DNA of 63,772 nt, filler included, from Octopus bimaculoides (lineage: Eukaryota), in NCBI RefSeq assembly GCF_001194135.2. It is 5 parts of 4 records of this genome, joined end to end, with 100 filler letters (N's around TTAATTAATTAA, not from the genome) between each part and the next. Parts side by side here need not be neighbours in the genome. Positions count along the whole stretch, not along the records: positions 13,681 to 41,310 come from NC_068985.1; 4 more parts are not named here. The stretch is one strand, 5' to 3'. Below are positions 26,888 through 39,646 of the stretch, piece after piece. Position 1 is the first letter of the stretch, and every line of letters starts with the position of its first letter. The notes beneath the pieces are model-generated. The model ran no database searches and had not been told where the DNA came from. It worked only from the letters and a program-made list of their open reading frames with translations. A program made the position numbers and the translations under genes.

Positions 26888-27162
26888 GTATGTATATATA
26901 TATATATATATATATTAGAACAAATAATAAGGTACTCAGATATCTGGATGGTTGTACACTTACAGATTTTTATTACTATGTTACATGTTTTTATAAATCA
27001 TATATTAGCACTTGCATCTATTCTAGTAGACTCTCCAGATGGTCACGTGTGAGCAACGAAAGAGAAAGAGGGAGAGAGAGAGAGTGCACAGTTTGTAACG
27101 TCCTGTACACATATATGCGTATACATATATATGTACACATATATATTATATATTATTGTTAA

Positions 27163-27202
<40 letters not shown>

Positions 27203-28005
27203 NNNNNNNNNNNNNNNNNNNNNNNNNNNNNNNNNNNNNNNNNNNNNNNNNNNNNNNNNNNNNNNNNNNNNNNNNNNNNNNNNNNNNNNNNNNNNNNNNN
27301 NNNNNNNNNNNNNNNNNNNNNNNNNNNNNNNNNNNNNNNNNNNNNNNNNNNNNNNNNNNNNNNNNNNNNNNNNNNNNNNNNNNNNNNNNNNNNNNNNNNN
27401 NNNNNNNNNNNNNNNNNNNNNNNNNNNNNNNNNNNNNNNNNNNNNNNNNNNNNNNNNNNNNNNNNNNNNNNNNNNNNNNNNNNNNNNNNNNNNNNNNNNN
27501 NNNNNNNNNNNNNNNNNNNNNNNNNNNNNNNNNNNNNNNNNNNNNNNNNNNNNNNNNNNNNNNNNNNNNNNNNNNNNNNNNNNNNNNNNNNNNNNNNNNN
27601 NNNNNNNNNNNNNNNNNNNNNNNNNNNNNNNNNNNNNNNNNNNNNNNNNNNNNNNNNNNNNNNNNNNNNNNNNNNNNNNNNNNNNNNNNNNNNNNNNNNN
27701 NNNNNNNNNNNNNNNNNNNNNNNNNNNNNNNNNNNNNNNNNNNNNNNNNNNNNNNNNNNNNNNNNNNNNNNNNNNNNNNNNNNNNNNNNNNNNNNNNNNN
27801 NNNNNNNNNNNNNNNNNNNNNNNNNNNNNNNNNNNNNNNNNNNNNNNNNNNNNNNNNNNNNNNNNNNNNNNNNNNNNNNNNNNNNNNNNNNNNNNNNNNN
27901 NNNNNNNNNNNNNNNNNNNNNNNNNNNNNNNNNNNNNNNNNNNNNNNNNNNNNNNNNNNNNNNNNNNNNNNNNNNNNNNNNNNNNNNNNNNNNNNNNNNN
28001 NNNNN

Positions 28006-28677
28006 AAAAAAAAAACTCACAAAACAAAACTCCGTTGGTGGAAAACTCAAAGTTTCTCATGAAACTCCGAGGTACCCATAACCCATCTCACCCTCTTTTT
28101 TTTTTTCAGGAAAAAAAAAATAGGGATTGCGGTGGATTTGGAGGTGAGATACATAGAATGCACTCGGAAAAAAACCTGTGGTAAAAATTATTTCAGACCG
28201 AAGTACGAACGGGTTCATTACGAAATATTTACCCTAGATCGGGATAGGCATGCGAATAGAAGAATCAATAAGATTGATAATGCAAGAGTTGAGGGTTTGA
28301 TGGAACAGAGGGTAAGAGATAGAATCGGAAGAGATCAGGAAATGGACACACGGAGGGCAGAGCATCTGGCGAAACAGAGACAAAAGGAGACATCATGAAT
28401 CAGATGCTCTTGTGAATACAAGTCCAATAAAACAAGTTTTGCGTAAATCGGACCACGGGTTACCAGGATACGCGTTTTTTTTTTTTACGGGTACCTTTAT
28501 AAATATCCAAACCGGCGTATAATGGGAAAAATGCTTTGAAAGTAGGGTATCCTTGAAATGTGAATACACACAGAATAACAGAAGTTTTGCGTAAATCGGA
28601 CCACAGATTCCCCGATATACGCGGCTTTTTCGGGTACCTTGAACTATTGGTGACGTAACGGGTCACTGGTAGTCTAG
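28006..28677 (+). mobile_element. Helitron-like element 3' portion (5' end lost in gap)
   Basis: Hairpin GTGAC-GTAACGG-GTCAC (28650-28666) followed by CTAG (28674-28677) then T. Subterminal direct repeats AAGTTTTGCGTAAATCGGACCAC x2 and CGGGTACCTT x2. The ORF at 28132-28398 is R/D/E-rich (DRDRHANRR..QRVRDRIGRDQE), like Helitron N-terminal charged repeats. Confidence 0.6.
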
Positions 28678-28719
28678 TTTAGTATATATGTGTGTGTGTG
28701 AGAGAGAGTGTGTCTTTAG

Positions 28720-28802
<83 letters not shown>

Positions 28803-28809
28803 TATATAG

Positions 28810-28842
<33 letters not shown>

Positions 28843-29472
28843 TCTTCATAAAAGTTCGACTGTGTTCTAGTTTTATCTTTTCTTTACAACTTCTTCCAAA
28901 TTTTCGTAGCAATTTTTTGTTGTTAGTAACAATAAAGTTATAAAATTTACTATTCAAAATTTCGAGACGACAACAGTCTCATTTTTAAGAATTAAAATAG
29001 ATTTGGGTTCTCTCCGTTGCTTTTTATACCCTAATTTAAAAACGTATGTGTAAAAGCCAAGTCCCAGCCGGGAAAACGCTGAGCATATATCTGTATGTCC
29101 ATGTGCAACACTGGATAAGATATTTTTGAGGAAGATTGATAGTTACCCGTGCAGAAAAGACCGCCGACTTGGCGCCAGCCTTATCAAAGGGATTCAATAA
29201 ACACACACGCACGCACACGCACGCTCACGCACACGCACACGCACACGCACACGCAGAGAGAGGTAGATATGCATTTGTATGTCAGTATATACATTGGCTA
29301 TGAGGTCTGGCATATCTTCCTGGTTTAAATTTGAAAGAGATCCAATAATAAAATGTAATTATTGTGTAGTTCTTGTTGCTGCTGTTTTCCATTTTAGAAC
29401 TGCATAGTCATCTTCTATCCAGCAATGACATTCCAGCCGCAGTTACTGCCTTTTTACTCAAAGCACATTATA

Positions 29473-30044
29473 CAGGGTGTCCACAAAGTCTGGGTACATG
29501 GGGATTAACACATACTTTAAGAAATTAGTATTTCTTCCATTTGATAGGCGCAGGAGTGGCTGTGTGGTAAGTAGCTTGTTTACCAACCACATGGTTCTGG
29601 GTTCAGTCCCACTGCGTGACACCTTGGGCAAGTGTTTTCTACTATAGCCTCGGGCCGACCAAAGCCTTGTGAGTGGATTTGGTAGACAGAAACTGAAAGA
29701 AGCCCGTCGTATATATATNNNNNNNNNNNNNNNNNNNNNNNNNNNNNNNNTATACATATATATGTGTGTGTGTGTGTGTATGTTTGTGTGTCTGTGTTTG
29801 TCCCACCAACATCGCTTGACAACCGTTGCTGGTGTGTTTACGTCCCCGTAACTTAGCGGTTAGGCAAAAGAGACCGATAGAATAAGTTCTAAGCTTCCAA
29901 AGAATAAGTCCTGGGATCGATTTGCTCGACTAAAGGCGGTGCTTCAGCATGGCGGCAGTCAAATGACTGAAACAAGTAAAAGAGAGTAATTGTTTATGTC
30001 ATGATTTTATTTACTCTAGGTACCCAGATTTTGTGGACACCCTG
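29473..30044. mobile_element. Tc1/mariner-type MITE interrupted by a SINE
   Basis: TA-flanked on both sides. 25-bp TIRs CAGGGTGTCCACAAAGTCTGGGTAC and GTACCCAGATTTTGTGGACACCCTG (1 mismatch). Confidence 0.92.
29546..29988 (+). mobile_element. SINE family A, full length, nested in MITE
   Basis: Head GGAGTGGCTGTGTGGTAAG..GGGTTCAGTCCCAC, internal (TA)n/(TG)n, and tail ..CAAATGACTGAAACAAGTAAAAGAG. Confidence 0.95.
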
Positions 30045-30907
30045 TAGATATCTAAAACTACGCAATAGTATGTACCGTACCCAAAGGGAAGTAATCTATC
30101 AGCTACTCTTTTATTGTGAAATTAAATTTCACAGTTATTACAATAATGATGTTAAACATCTACCAAAAATAGAATTGGAATTTTCTGCAAATCACGTTGC
30201 TTTAATACACTTGAATTACTTCAACGAAAAATAACTTCAAGCATGACATTTCTCAACAAAAGATCGATTGATATGTAAATCTTTCCACAATGAAGGGTAA
30301 TTATATTTTGAGTGGTAACTGACTTATGAAGTAAAAGGGTTAAGGAAGTAAGGTATAATTTAATAGAAATTTGGCTGCTATTTCTAAAAGTTAAAGTGAT
30401 CACATGGAAGCCCCTATATTTGCTCGCGTGATGAAATACAAGATTGGTGAGTGGAGAATGGTGCCAAGTGACCTTTAGGCTTTTGGCTAACAGAGATCAG
30501 GATATGTTTTCGATTATCTAATAAAAACTATAACAATTCACTTATTCCACGAATGCTCTTAGGAAGTGCAATAAACAATACAAATTCCTTTTTCACTAAC
30601 ATACAAAACCTTTGTGTCGGTTTATACAAAAGGCATGAAATGAAGTCGCCAAACGCACACAATATACGCACATTCACAGTCAACTATTAGAACTAAATTG
30701 ATACAATGAGATCTGAGACCACCCACATATAAATGGTTGGTTTATTTTTATACATGGGTGCAGGAGACTGCATGGAAGGAATAGACGATCAAGGATTGCG
30801 GTAAATGACCGCCAGCGATAGGTAGGTGAGAAGTAAGTTATCCAGTACAATAGTTGAAGCACTTCTTCCTCTCTCTCTCTCTCTCTTTCTTTCTATCTCT
30901 CTCTCTT

Positions 30908-30938
<31 letters not shown>

Positions 30939-31530
30939 NNNNNNNNNNNNNNNNNNNNNNNNNNNNNNNNNNNNNNNNNNNNNNNNNNNNNNNNNNNNNN
31001 NNNNNNNNNNNNNNNNNNNNNNNNNNNNNNNNNNNNNNNNNNNNNNNNNNNNNNNNNNNNNNNNNNNNNNNNNNNNNNNNNNNNNNNNNNNNNNNNNNNN
31101 NNNNNNNNNNNNNNCTCACACACACCTAAACGCACCGTTCCAGCAACGATGCCTTCATCCTTCCGATGTCGATGAAATAAAGCGATAAAATAATGTGCCA
31201 GTCTTCAAGCAGTGGTGTTGATACAGTCGAACATTCTCGGTGGAAGAATGATCACATCCAAATGGCAGAAACCGGTAAAATGACGGCATGTGCGCGCGCT
31301 CGTGTGTGTGTGCGGATGTGCATGTATACAAACACGGACACACATATACGCAACGTATTAATACTTGTTTTTATGTCAAGTTACATATAAGAACATTTTA
31401 ACATAAAACTGAAGGACAAATCAATACTTTTTAGACCAGTACATATTAAATAACTTTGACAGTCGCTGATAGTGACTTCGAAGCTTGTATATACTCTCTA
31501 TCTCTCTCCCTCACACATACATACCTATAC

Positions 31531-31925
31531 AGGCGTGGCTGTGTGTAAGAAGCTTGCTTCCCAATCACATGGTTCCGTGTTCAGTCCCACTGCGTGGCAC
31601 CTTGGGCAAGTGTCTTCTGCTGCTTACGAGGACAGAAACACACTAGCATCGGTTGTCTTGCGATGGTGGGAGCCGAACACAGATACAAAGTCATGTATAT
31701 ATACATGTTTTCGTGTCTATGTTTGTCTCCCCACAGTCGCTTGACAACCGATGCTAGTGTGTTTATGTCCCGTAATCTAGCGGTTCGGCAAAGGAAATCG
31801 ATACAATAAGTACTAGGCTTGCAAGGAATAAGTGCTGGGGTCGATTTCTTCGACTAAAACCCTTAAAGGCAGTGCTCCAGCATGTCTGCAGTCAAATGGC
31901 TGAAACAAGTAAAAGAATAACAGAA
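31531..31925 (+). mobile_element. SINE family A with internal deletion
   Basis: Family A head and tail present. The middle is shortened and partly rearranged. Confidence 0.85.
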
Positions 31926-33039
31926 TAACGGAATACGCTTGTATGTTCGTACTTGTACGTGCATAGGTATGCGTGTACCGAGGAAATTGTACTCCAGCAT
32001 AGTCACAATCCAATAAGTTAGCCTATAATAAGCCTATAAATATCACGCCATTCGAATGGGTATTTAAATATGGGGTTTTTACACCCCGATATGCATATCC
32101 GATTCTCCCTGCATTGAAAACAATCTCAAATGTGTTATCTTTTAGACATATTCATTACGATTACTTCATTAATTGCTATTTAAGCAGTTAGTTCCTGGAT
32201 TCCTCAACGTATGCAACTACACAAGAAGACGAGCTCAAAGACTTTGGCTCTAAGCTTTACGCAACCGGTCCTCAATCGTCCCATATAATAATCTATTTTG
32301 TTTAATTAATTAAGCTAAATAATAGCTTTTTAAATCCTAACTGAAAAATATATCATTTCAGACATTTTTGTTTTATTTTTTGTAAATGTTTTATCATAAG
32401 GTAAAGAAATTATGAAAAGAAATTAAGACCCTCAGTAATAAAGCATTTCTTATAAATGAATGCCTTTTAGGTTTTATTTATTTGTATTTACAAACTTCAG
32501 GTTTATTTCTATGTAATGAAATCTTAGCGAGCTTATCCATTTTATTTATTTCGTTTGCAATTTACTTAACTGATAATAAAAAGTAAAATAGTTTGGTACT
32601 GAGCCAGTTTAAGTTTCATGCACAAGCGATAAATTATTCGAAATAACTTGGATCGTATCCATATTATCTTTGTATTGCAAATAAATAAATGAATGAACGA
32701 ATAAATTAATAAAAAAATAAATGTGAAAATAAAAAATAAATATATTCCAACAAAAAAAAAAGGTGAAACGTTTACGTCAGATCTTCTGTTTTGATGGCCT
32801 GGGGGTTGAGTATGCGAGGTTAAAGAGTATAGTTTGTGGTGTAAACTTCTAATGGACAAATTTGTTCTATGAGTTAGATTGCAGCCTTTTTTAGTTTGGT
32901 TTCCAGTATATTTTATTTCCAACTCCACCGAAAATACGCGACTTTGGTGAAGTTATTTGTTACATGAACGATATCACTTATTTCTTAGATTCCGATGGGA
33001 AAAGAAGCTTTTCTTAACAGTGGCAAGAAACATTAGATG

Positions 33040-33475
33040 ATGTAGAGGTGATGATGATGATGAGAAAGATGGGAAGAAGGAGGAGAAGGAAGAGGGGGTG
33101 GAGGAGAAGGAAGAGGGGGTGGAGNNNNNNNNNNNNNNNNNNNNNNNNNNNNNNNNNNNNNNNNNNNNNNNNNNNNNNNNNNNNNNNNNNNNNNNNNNNN
33201 NNNNNNNNNNNNNNNNNNNNNNNNNNNNNNNNNNNNNNNNNNNNNNNNNNNNNNNNNNNNNNNNNNNNNNNNNNNNNNNNNNNNNNNNNNNNNNNNNNNN
33301 NNNNNNNNNNNNNNNNNNNNNNNNNNNNNNNNNNNNNNNNATCATCATCATCATCATCATTATCTTCGTTGTCATCGTCGTCTTCGTCTTTGTTATCGTC
33401 GTCTTCGTCTTTGTTATCGTCGTCTTCGTCTTTGTTATCGTCGTCTTCGTCTTTGTTATCGTCGTCTTCGTCATC
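33040..33475. repeat. Low-complexity GAT/GAG tract and 21-bp tandem repeat (CGTCGTCTTCGTCTTTGTTAT) about x4, spanning a gap
   Basis: Direct inspection of the repeat units. Confidence 0.9.
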
Positions 33476-33885
33476 GCTTTTGTCTCGAAACGAAAGGATA
33501 CTCAACAAAGTTGATATTATTGTTGTTGTAAAGTCTGAGTAGGGAAACGCTTATAATCAAAAACACTCCTGCCATGGCCACTTCTACCCTCTCTACTGAT
33601 ATCGTATGTCTGTGACTAATCCAATTTAGCTTTCAGCTCTAAAGACAATAGAGTGTACTTTGAGAAAACTTTGGTTGCTATTTCTATTAAGTACAGTGAC
33701 CACAAAGCGGCTCCATTGGTGACTTAAAAATCCTCCTTATACAACAAGATTCTCCAAAAACTACAAGCAATGTGATTAGAAAGATTTTATCAAACCACAA
33801 CTGATCCAGTTGGGAGACATCGAAATCAATGGCGTTCTAGTCTTGACCATTTCATTTTTTATTAACGTTTAGTGTATGTGAGATT

Positions 33886-34598
33886 TTATTTCACTGCGGC
33901 CATGCACCGCCTTAAAGGGGTTTTAGTCTGAGAAATCGACCCCAGTAATTCCGCCTACCAAATCCACTCACAACGCTTTGATCAACCCGAGACACTTGCT
34001 TATGGTACTGCGCAGTGGGACTGAACCCAGAACCATGTGGTTGGGAAGCATGCTTCTTACCACTTAGCCACGCCTGCGCCTATTTATAAATATTTTATAC
34101 TTTTCTTGCTTCAGTCATTAGACTGCGGCCATGCTGGGGCACCGCCCTTAAGAATTTTAGTCGAACGAATCGCCTCCACTACTTTTTTTTATAGCCTGGT
34201 ATTTACTCTATCGGTCATTTGCCGAACAGCTAAGATACGTGGACGTAAACATACCAACAACCGTTGTCAAGCAATAGTGGATGAATAACGAGAGTACAAA
34301 GAAACACTCACACACACACACATGCACACACACAAGCACACACACACAATCACACATACATACACACATATATATACGTATATTATATACATACATACGC
34401 ACATATTTACAGCATACATATATATATACATACATGCGACGGGCTTCTTTCAGTTTCCGTCTACCTAACCCACTCACAATGCTTTGGTCGGCACGAGGCT
34501 ATAGTAGAAGACAACTGCCCAAGGCTCAACGGAGTCGGATTGAACCCAGAACCATGTGGTTGAGAAGCAAGCTTCTTATCACACAGCCACTCCTGCGG
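33886..34598 (-). mobile_element. Two adjacent SINE family A copies (33886-34082 deletion derivative; 34098-34598 full length)
   Basis: Family A head and tail motifs occur twice in the same orientation. Confidence 0.9.
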
Positions 34599-35938
34599 CT
34601 ATGTATAAAAAAGATTTCATTCTTGGCCCAGCAATCATTACCTCATGATATTACATCGATTTTTCCTTTAGAAATAATTACTTTTTCATTTGAAAAAAAA
34701 TGTTGTAGGCATAACATCCAGTTCTGAGAAATTAGTTATCTTGTAGATATATATTGCGTTTGAATCGTTGGCGTTATTATTTTTATTGTTCCTTTAATGT
34801 CACCCTATTCTCGTTATTTTTGTGTAAGAAGTAATTTTTGTTTTGACTCCTCTGCGAAGGTTACACTTTGCTTTCTGTATCTGCTTAAGCGAAATCGTTT
34901 TGTCCCAACGTCAGTAGGTCTAAAAGAATCTGATCCGTTTACCACATCCTGAAAAGGCACTCGAGTGGTTAATTATCAGAAATTAAAGATGTCTGCATAA
35001 AACGTTAACAAGGCGAGGTCTAAAGTGTGATAACTGTCAATCTTACTTGTGAGTAGCTAATGGAGAAGATGGCGTGGAGGGATATTAAACAGAGCTGTTG
35101 AAAGCAGTCGACTATAGCAGCGAGGTGATGTACTAACAGCATGTTAATTGCTGTCTGATAAATGATATTTGCCAACGTTATTAGCTTGAATTGAAACCTT
35201 TAAACCTTTCGGGTAAATTATTGCGCTGGTTAGATTTCAAAACATATTTATTTCTTCGTTGTTTTCTCAAATGACTTGAAGCAATTTCGCTGTTCTGATA
35301 TCTTGTTTCAAATACGAAATAACGCTAAATAAACTAAGACAATCGACTGTCAAACAGAGAAAACCTGATTTATTAACAAAGTATAAGTTCAATTCCATTA
35401 ATTTCTATCAAGATTTCCTCAGATAAGACATTTTGAGAAATTACCTTTTGGTAGTCAGATTACGTCTAACTCAAGACAATTTTTGTGTTATATAAAACGT
35501 GAGAACACAATTATTAAATCGTGATTGCGTGTTTAAATTGATACTCTTGTTAGTTTTTGCTGCAGAGTCGGCCTTGTTCAGAAAACCAATGATCAACAAA
35601 CCTATGGTCAAAGTCAATTCAACTATGACCATTCCAACATTTTGTATATCAAGGGCTAAGTTATCCAATGTATTAAAGATAGATAGATATATAGTTAAAT
35701 AGATATATAGATAGACAGATGTATAGATAGATAGATAGATAGATAGATAGTTCGAGAGATTGTACCAATCTAGAGGATGAAGAGTAGAAGCGTGCATACT
35801 TCCTTGGTAGTGATGATGACGACGCACGTCAGGTGGTGGGGATGAGTAGGAGGAAGAAGAGAAGGAGGGAAGGAGGCTCAAGTTGCTGCGCAGTGGGACT
35901 GTACCTGAAACCACGTGATAGCAAACTACACAATCCTG

Positions 35939-35969
<31 letters not shown>

Positions 35970-35973
35970 ATCC

Positions 35974-36293
35974 CGTGGCTTAGTGGTTAGGGCATTTGGC
36001 ATTTGGCTCACGATCTTTCGATCGTGAGTTCAATTCCCAGCGACGCATTGTGTCCTTGAGCAAAACACTTTATTTCACGTTATTCCACTCCACTCAGCTG
36101 ACAGAAATGAGCAGTACCTGTATTTCAAAAGGCTGGCCTTGTCATGCTCTGTGTCACGCCGAATCTCCCTGAGAACTTCATTAAGGGTACACGTGCCTGT
36201 GGAATGCTCGACCACTTTCCCGTCAATTTCACGAGCAAGCTGTTCCTTAGATCGTATCAGCTAGGACCCTCCTTGTCGTAACCGACGGAGTGC
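35974..36293 (+). mobile_element. tRNA-derived SINE, head H2 + tail T1
   Basis: CGTGGCTTAGTGG A box, GAGTTCAATTCCC B box, and tail ending GTCGTAACCGACGGAGTGC. Confidence 0.92.
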
Positions 36294-36379
36294 TCCTCCT
36301 CTATCCAATGTATACTTCTGTTTATAAGATACCAAGTTGCAAACTGAAGCAGTTTTTGTCGCTATTATTCTAGCGAGTT

Positions 36380-36768
36380 TGTTGTTGTTATTCGCACGCC
36401 GTCGCTTACGACGTCGAGGGTTCCAGTTGATCCGCTCAACGGAACAGCCTGCTCGTGAAATTAACGTGCAAGTGGCTAAGCATTCCACAGACACGTGTAC
36501 CTTTAACGTAGTTCTTTGGGATGTTCAGTGTGACACAGTGTGACAAGGCTGACCCTTTGAAATACAGGTACAACAGAAACAGGAAGTAAGAGCGAGAGAA
36601 AGTTGTGGTGAAAGAGTACAGCAGGGTTCACCACCATCCCCTGCCGGTGCCTCGTGGAGCTTTAGGTGTTTTCGCTCAATAAACACTCACAACGGCCAGT
36701 CTGGGAATGGAAACCGCGATCCTATGACCGCGAGTCCGCTGCCCTAACCATTGGGCCATTGCGCCTCC
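36380..36768 (-). mobile_element. tRNA-derived SINE, head H1 + tail T1 (chimeric combination)
   Basis: 36577-36768 matches the H1 body of 22064-22255, and 36394-36577 matches tail T1 of the H2 SINEs. Confidence 0.9.
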
Positions 36769-37294
36769 ACATTCTAGCGAGTAGAACAACGGCGCAGAGT
36801 AGGGAAGAGGAACCATTTTAACATCAACGGTGAACTGCAAGTGCATAAGAACCTGTGAGGGTACATCTGTACTGAACAGCATAACGAATCATTATAATTT
36901 TACAAATTCACAGCTTATATTAGATTGGCTTCGAATTTTGGCACAAGGCCTGCTGTTTTAGGGGAACCCAATATTCAACTGTCCGATGTACTAACGATTC
37001 TGCCTGCTTAAATTACCGCTTTGATTTTAACACTTAAGCCCTATTATCGCATGGGATTTTCGAGATTCCATCAGCAGACAGCATTAAAATTGAATGCTGG
37101 TGGAATTTCGCTCATCGTCTCAGAGCTCCTCCACACCTAACACAGAGACTCCTGCATTGGTTCATTATTTTGCGATTTATGTTTTTATCCTCCGCTTAAC
37201 TTGAGCTATTAATTCTGTCTATCATTCAATCATATATATTTCAAGTTCAGACAATTATCTGATTTGCAAACCATGCGGAGTATCGGGCATGCTA

Positions 37295-37336
<42 letters not shown>

Positions 37337-37340
<4 letters not shown>

Positions 37341-37556
37341 CTTTTACTTGTTTCAGTCATTTGACTGAGGCCATGCTGGAGCACCGCTTTTAGTCGAGCA
37401 AATCTACCCTAGGACTTATTCTTTGTGAGCCTAGTACTTATTCTATCGGTCTCTTTTGCCGAACCGCTAATGTTACGGGAACGTAAACACACCAGCATCG
37501 GTTGTCAATCGATGTTGGGGGGACAAACACAGACACACAACATATAAACACACACA

Positions 37557-37594
<38 letters not shown>

Positions 37595-37960
37595 NNNNNN
37601 NNNNNNNNNNNNNNNNNNNNNNNNNNNNNNNNNNNNNNNNNNNNNNNNNNNNNNNNNNNNNNNNNNNNNNNNNNNNNNNNNNNNNNNNNNNNNNNNNNNN
37701 NNNNNNNNNNNNNNNNNNNNNNNNNNNNNNNNNNNNNNNNNNNNNNNNNNNNNNNNNNNNNNNNNNNNNNNNNNATATATATATATATATATATATATAT
37801 ATACGACGGGCTTCTTTCAGTTTCCGTCTACCAAATCCACTCACAAGGCTTTGGTCGGCCCGAGGCTATAGTAGAAGACACTTTCCCAAAGTGCCACGCA
37901 GTGGGACTGAACCCAGAACCATGTGGTTGGTAAGCAAGCTACCTACCGCACAGCCACTCC
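37337..37960 (-). mobile_element. SINE family A, full length (gap in internal microsatellite)
   Basis: Near-consensus head and tail. Confidence 0.95.
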
Positions 37961-38025
37961 TAATACTCAACAAATTTTATTTAAGTTCGTTGTTAACATA
38001 AATCTGTAGTCATTCAACTAGCAGA

Positions 38026-38460
38026 ATCGTTAGCATGCCGGATAAAATGCTTAGCGGTATTTCGTCCGTCTTTACGTTCTGAGTTCAGATTTGGCCGTGG
38101 TCGACTTTGGCTTTCATTCTTTCGGGGTCAATGAAATAAGTACCAGATGAGCACCTTTTTTATTTTTATTTATGCGCCCTTTGGAAGCCTAGCCAGGCTC
38201 TTGGGCCCCGTTTCCCGGTTTCTATGGCGTATGTGTTCCCCCTAGCTGGACGGGACGCCAGTCCATCGCAGCGTTACTCAAAAAACAGGAAGAAAGAGTG
38301 AGAGAAAGTTGGGGTGAAAGAGTAAAACAGGGGTCACCACCATCACCCCTCTACCGGAACCTCGTTGAGCTTTAGGTGTTTTCAGATGAGCACTAGGGTC
38401 GATGTATTCCACTGCTCCCTTTCCCAATAATTTTAGGCCTTGTGCTTACACTACAAAGGA
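38026..38460 (+). mobile_element. SINE family B interrupted by a 5'-truncated H1/T2 SINE
   Basis: The family B sequence resumes exactly after the insertion. An 11-bp TSD CAGATGAGCAC lies at 38144-38154 and 38383-38393. Confidence 0.9.
38155..38382 (-). mobile_element. 5'-truncated H1/T2 SINE with TSD
   Basis: Reverse complement of about 22160-22372, including the (AAAT)n tail, flanked by the 11-bp TSD. Confidence 0.92.
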
Positions 38461-38481
38461 TTATCATTATTACTAAACAGC

Positions 38482-38600
38482 AGACTGGCAGAATCGTTAG
38501 CATGCCGGGAAAAATGCTTAGTGGCATTTCGTCCGTGTTTACGGTCTAAGTTCAAATTCCGCCGTGGTCGACTTTGCATTTCATCATTTTGGGGCCGATA
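38482..38600 (+). mobile_element. SINE family B 5' half
   Basis: GACTGGCAGAATCGTTAGCATGCCGGG..AGTTCAAATTCCGCCGTGGTCGACTTTG. Confidence 0.85.
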
Positions 38601-39610
38601 AATGAGGTTTTTATGAAAAAAAATATTCATAGGGAAAAGGTTTCGAGGATACATATTGTTTTCCCCGTAGGTAAATCATTTGACGCTGTGATGACGTGAA
38701 ACAAATTAATCGATATCATATGGCGTGTTTGCATGTGGATGTGAGCATATACATCTATATATATATATAAATACATGCACATGCACCCCTGTATGTGTGT
38801 GTGTTATGTATGTATGTTTGTATATATATATATATATTTTTGAATAGAATTTATTTTCGATAATTTCAATNNNNNNNNNNNNNNNNNNNNNNNNNNNNNN
38901 NNNNNNNNNNNNNNNNNNNNNNNNNNNNNNNNNNNNNNNNNNNNNNNNNNNNNNNNNNNNNNNNNNNNNNNNNNNNNNNNNNNNNNNNNNNNNNNNNNNN
39001 NNNNNNNNNNNNNNNNNNNNNNNNNNNNNNNNNNNNNNNNNNNNNNNNNNNNNNNNNNNNNNNNNNNNNNNNNNNNNNNNNNNNNNNNNNNNNNNNNNNN
39101 NNNNNNNNNNNNNNNNNNNNNNNNNNNNNNNNNNNNNNNNNNNNNNNNNNNNNNNNNNNNNNNNNNNNNNNNNNNNNNNNNNNNNNNNNNNNNNNNNNNN
39201 NNNNNNNNNNNNNNNNNNNNNNNNNNNNNNNNNNNNNNNNNNNNNNNNNNNNNNNNNNNNNNNNNNNNNNNNNNNNNNNNNNNNNNNNNNNNNNNNNNNN
39301 NNNNNNNNNNNNNNNNNNNNNNNNNNNNNNNNNNNNNNNNNNNNNNNNNNNNNNNNNNNNNNNNNNNNNNNNNNNNNNNNNNNNNNNNNNNNNNNNNNNN
39401 NNNNNNNNNNNNNNNNNNNNNNNNNNNNNNNNNNNNNNNNNNNNNNNNNNNNNNNNNNNNNNNNNNNNNNNNNNNNNNNNNNNNNNNNNNNNNNNNNNNN
39501 NNNNNNNNNNNNNNNNNNNNNNNNNNNNNNNNNNNNNNNNNNNNNNNNNNNNNNNNNNNNNNNNNNNNNNNNNNNNNNNNNNNNNNNNNNNNNNNNNNNN
39601 NNNNTCATGT

Positions 39611-39646
<36 letters not shown>

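Noticed and set aside
33014-33542. Acidic DEDDDNK-repeat or Ser-rich ORFs
   Set aside because: Explained by trinucleotide and 21-bp tandem repeats spanning a gap, with no unique coding flanks.
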